Below, piece by piece: positions 58,868 through 64,000 of a stretch of 64,000 nucleotides of DNA. Within the stretch, counting starts at the first letter, position 1; each line of letters opens with the position of its first letter. This stretch comes from Nitrospirota bacterium (GTDB lineage: Bacteria; Nitrospirota; UBA9217), in NCBI GenBank assembly GCA_963740085.1, contig CAVUCU010000001.1, positions 800,001 to 864,000 of the forward strand, written 5' to 3'. Position numbers and translations under genes: made by a program. Below the pieces are notes generated by a model. The model was not told where the DNA came from. It worked only from the letters and a program-made list of their open reading frames with translations, and did no database searches.

Positions 58868-60307
58868 ATGAAAAAATCATCGGATGCCGCTTCCGGCGGC
58901 AACCCCCGCTCACCGGTTATGCTGCTAACCAAGGTCAAAGAAACCATACGGAAATACGCCCTCCTGAACCCCGGGGACCGGGTGCTCGTCGCGGTCTCCG
59001 GCGGGCCGGACTCGGTCTGCCTTCTGGGTGTTCTTCAGGCGTTAGCGAAAGATCTCGACCTGACACTCCACATCGCCCATCTTGACCATATGTTCCGGGG
59101 AAAAGAATCCGCTGACGAGGCGCTGTTCGTCGCGGAGCTGGCAAAAAAGTTAGGCATCCCGTCGACCATCGAGAAGTTTGACGTCCCGGCCTACTGCCTC
59201 GAGCGCGGCCTGTCTCCGCAGGCGGGCGCACGAGAAGTAAGGTATGATTTTTTACAGCGGGTTTCAAAGACAACCGGTGCGTCCCATATCGCTACCGGCC
59301 ATACGGCAAACGACCAGGCCGAGACCTTCCTCATGCGGCTCATACGCGGCGCCGGCGCGTCCGGCCTCTCGGCCATCCCCCCGGCGCGGGATAACATTAT
59401 CAGGCCGCTGATAGAGGCCACGCGGGACGAGGTGCTTGAATACCTGAAGGAGACCGGTCTTGCGTTCGTAACCGACCCGTCGAACGCCAAGCCGGTGTAT
59501 ACGCGAAACAGGATAAGGCTGGAGGTGTTGCCCATCCTGCAACGCTTCAATCCCCGGATCGTCGCGACGCTCGCGGCCGAGGCAGGTCATCTCAGGGACG
59601 AGGACGAGGCGGTCGAGGGGTATTGCGCGATGCTTGCCGACAGCATCCTGGTACAGAAGGAAAACACCGTCTTTGTGAAAAGAAATGAGTTCAATACGCT
59701 GCCCCCCGCGTTCAGGCGCAGACTGCTGCAAAAAGCCTCTGACCTCGCGGGGGTGGAATCCTCGGGGCTGTCACGGATACAGCTCGGTGAGGCCATCGCG
59801 TTCATGGCCGTTGCCCAGACCGGAAGGACCATGGACCTGACCCCCGGCCTTAAAATAGGGCGCGAGTACGACCGGTTCGTGATCAGCGTTCGATCGGGAA
59901 CAAAGGACTTCTCCCGTTCGGTCATGATGCCCGGCGTTTCCGTGATACCGGAGCTCCGCATGGAGATCGAGACGCTGGTCGCTGACCGGTTCCCTGAAGA
60001 GCAGGAAGATATAAATTATGTATGGCAGGCGCTGTTCGATTATGATAAGATGGGGCCGGTTCTGACACTCAGGAACAGGCGTCCCGGCGACTGGTTCTGT
60101 CCAAGCGGGATGGGCGGCAAAAGCAAGAAGATACAGGACTACTTCGTGGACGAGAAGGTCCCTCGCAGGAAACGCGACCTTGTTCCCCTGCTCTGCTCGG
60201 GCGAGGATATCCTGTGGGTTATGGGTATGAGAACGGACGAACGGTTCCTCGCCGGAGCAGGGACGAAGAACATGCTTACCGTCAGGGTAAAAAACGCTTA
60301 TCGGTAA
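58868..60307 (+). CDS. tilS: tRNA(Ile)-lysidine synthetase
   Basis: AVSGGPDS, TGHTANDQAET, IIRPL, RNRIR, C-terminal TilS_C. Confidence 0.95.
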   Translation: MKKSSDAASGGNPRSPVMLLTKVKETIRKYALLNPGDRVLVAVSGGPDSVCLLGVLQALAKDLDLTLHIAHLDHMFRGKESADEALFVAELAKKLGIPSTIEKFDVPAYCLERGLSPQAGAREVRYDFLQRVSKTTGASHIATGHTANDQAETFLMRLIRGAGASGLSAIPPARDNIIRPLIEATRDEVLEYLKETGLAFVTDPSNAKPVYTRNRIRLEVLPILQRFNPRIVATLAAEAGHLRDEDEAVEGYCAMLADSILVQKENTVFVKRNEFNTLPPAFRRRLLQKASDLAGVESSGLSRIQLGEAIAFMAVAQTGRTMDLTPGLKIGREYDRFVISVRSGTKDFSRSVMMPGVSVIPELRMEIETLVADRFPEEQEDINYVWQALFDYDKMGPVLTLRNRRPGDWFCPSGMGGKSKKIQDYFVDEKVPRRKRDLVPLLCSGEDILWVMGMRTDERFLAGAGTKNMLTVRVKNAYR

Positions 60308-60421
60308 CGAAGCCGTATCGAAATTCGGCTGTCAGCGGCGTCTTGATCCGAACGATGCGGCCGCTTAACGAAACGGGCATCATAACCGCTTGTCGTCTTT
60401 TGATTTTTGGGAGGAAACGCA

Positions 60422-60967
60422 ATGGTAGGCATTGATTTCGGCAAGCCGCTTTTTACCCGTGAGGAGATCCAGCGGAAGATACAGGAGATAGGCTCGCGGG
60501 TCTCGGCAGACTACGCCGACAAGGACCTGATCGCGGTCGGGGTCCTCAAGGGCGCGCTTTTTTTCATGTCAGACCTGCTTCGTTCGCTCAGGATCTCCGT
60601 CAGGATGGATTTCATCCATTGCACCAGTTCCGCCACCAAAGGTATGGGCGGCAATCCGGTACGGATGATGTGCGACATGAAAGAAGACATCAAAGAAAAA
60701 CACGTCCTGCTGATCGAGGACATCATGGATTCCGGCGTGACCATCGATTACCTCAAGAAGATGCTGCTGGAACGAGGTCCGGCTTCGCTCAAGGTGTGCG
60801 TGCTGCTCGACAAGACCGGCCGCCGGCAAGTGCCGATCGAGGCGGACTACGCGGGCTTCCGCATCCCGAACAAATACGTGGTTGGTTACGGACTGGATTA
60901 CAAAGACCGCTACCGCAATCTGCCCTATATCGCCGTGCTCCCCATGGAGGAGCGGCAGGCCCCGTAA
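60422..60967 (+). CDS. hpt: hypoxanthine phosphoribosyltransferase
   Basis: VLKGA, IEDIMDSGVT, YVVGYGLDY..RNLPY; tilS-hpt-ftsH synteny. Confidence 0.92.
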   Translation: MVGIDFGKPLFTREEIQRKIQEIGSRVSADYADKDLIAVGVLKGALFFMSDLLRSLRISVRMDFIHCTSSATKGMGGNPVRMMCDMKEDIKEKHVLLIEDIMDSGVTIDYLKKMLLERGPASLKVCVLLDKTGRRQVPIEADYAGFRIPNKYVVGYGLDYKDRYRNLPYIAVLPMEERQAP

Positions 60968-61246
60968 TCGTCATACGATAATAGTCCTCGCAACCGGCCC
61001 CTTCGTTCCGCCCCGATGACCGGTCATTCGTCTTGACAGACCGGCCGGACGGCATGAGGGCTGTATCGAGGCAGGGGCAAAGAGCGGATAACTGTTGTCA
61101 TACGCACGGGAATATGTTAATATTCCCGTTACATGGTATCGAAGGTTGTTTGTTGCATTTTCTATGGTTTTGAAATCGTTCAATTTTCACTTTCCAATCT
61201 TCTATTCCTCATTTTCACTTGCGAAGGTTAACGGAGGTTTCTATCA

Positions 61247-63043
<1,797 letters not shown>

Positions 63044-63052
63044 GAGGGCGGT

Positions 63053-64000
63053 ATGGAGCCTGTCCTCCGGATCTCCGGCCGCGGGGCGCTTTCAATAACC
63101 CTGAACAATCTCACCTCCGGTCAGACAGCCGTTCTCGACAGTATCATCCGATCATCCGACAGCGGAGCAGGTTTAGACCCTGCTCCGATCTTTTTTCCCT
63201 CACAATACGACAGCACCGCCGGCAATATCCGCCCGGCAATGACCCTGACCGGCAGCCCCGTCCAGTTGAGAAGACTTTTTTCTCTCCTGTCTGCGGATCA
63301 TCGCATCCCCTCTTCTCTTTCCGGGAAAGGTTACTCTCTGCTTGACAACTACCTGCGCTCGGATTATAAGATTGATTGCAGGGGGAAGGTCCTCGACCTC
63401 GGCAGCCGCACACACCTCATGGGCATCCTGAACGTGACCCCTGATTCATTCTCCGATGGCGGACGCTATGCCGATGCGGAGCAAGCACTTGCCCATGCCC
63501 GTGACATGGCTGCCGCAGGCGCGGACATCATCGACATCGGCGGGGAGTCCACCCGGCCCGGAGCAGCGCCCCTCTCCCGGGAGGAAGAGCTCCGTCGGAT
63601 CATCCCGCTCATCGAGCTCCTTTCGGCCGAGTTTACGGTCCCGATATCGGTGGATACCTATAAGTCATCGGTGGCGAAAAAAGCGATCGAGGCGGGCGCA
63701 AGTATCGTGAACGACATCAGCGGGCTCCGGTTCTCGCACGACATGGCGCACGTGGTGGCTGATTCCGGCGTTGCCGTGGTCATTATGCACATCAAAGGCA
63801 CACCGCGTGATATGCAGCAGAACCCTGTGTATGACGATGTGGTCGGTGAGGTCCTGTCCTCTCTGGAGGATGGGATCGAGATCGCCATGAAGGCCGGCGT
63901 GGGCCGGGAGAAGATACTCATCGACCCCGGCATCGGATTCGGGAAGACGCTTGAGCACAACCTCATTCTCCTGAACAGACTTGAGGAATTCCGCTCCCTC
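63053..64000 (+). CDS. folP: dihydropteroate synthase with N-terminal extension (runs off window)
   Basis: MGILNVTPDSFSDGG, DIGGESTRPG, IDPGIGFGK in frame with ATG 63053. Confidence 0.93.
   Translation, partial: MEPVLRISGRGALSITLNNLTSGQTAVLDSIIRSSDSGAGLDPAPIFFPSQYDSTAGNIRPAMTLTGSPVQLRRLFSLLSADHRIPSSLSGKGYSLLDNYLRSDYKIDCRGKVLDLGSRTHLMGILNVTPDSFSDGGRYADAEQALAHARDMAAAGADIIDIGGESTRPGAAPLSREEELRRIIPLIELLSAEFTVPISVDTYKSSVAKKAIEAGASIVNDISGLRFSHDMAHVVADSGVAVVIMHIKGTPRDMQQNPVYDDVVGEVLSSLEDGIEIAMKAGVGREKILIDPGIGFGKTLEHNLILLNRLEEFRSL

Overview
GC-rich bacterial chromosomal segment. Gene content and intergenic repeats suggest an anaerobic Nitrospirota/Desulfobacterota-like organism (inference). It is probably a long-read assembly, because about 7 genes including essential secA carry single-base frameshifts. 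Housekeeping genes: typA, nth, lgt, a UbiA-family prenyltransferase, uvrB, secA, a DksA-like protein, and tRNA-CAT followed by tilS-hpt-ftsH-folP. Accessory content: (i) a metal/arsenic block (HK-sigma54 RR-copZ-apbE-ArsP permease-thioredoxin) and an arsenosugar-type glycosyltransferase operon; (ii) an ECF sigma/CBM48-anti-sigma/outer-membrane-barrel operon that shares a GTAACC-N15/16-CGTCTAAT promoter with a Met-rich tandem-domain lipoprotein; (iii) two probable selenoproteins cut short in the ORF track, each with an in-frame TGA plus a SECIS-like hairpin, one a SEC-C microprotein that may be undescribed; (iv) an integrase-less attC cassette array carrying a HEPN RNase between secA and uvrB; (v) an IS1202-family IS with a 16-bp target duplication; (vi) many modular MITE/REP elements that pair a shared palindromic core with different termini. 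No CRISPR array or rRNA seen.
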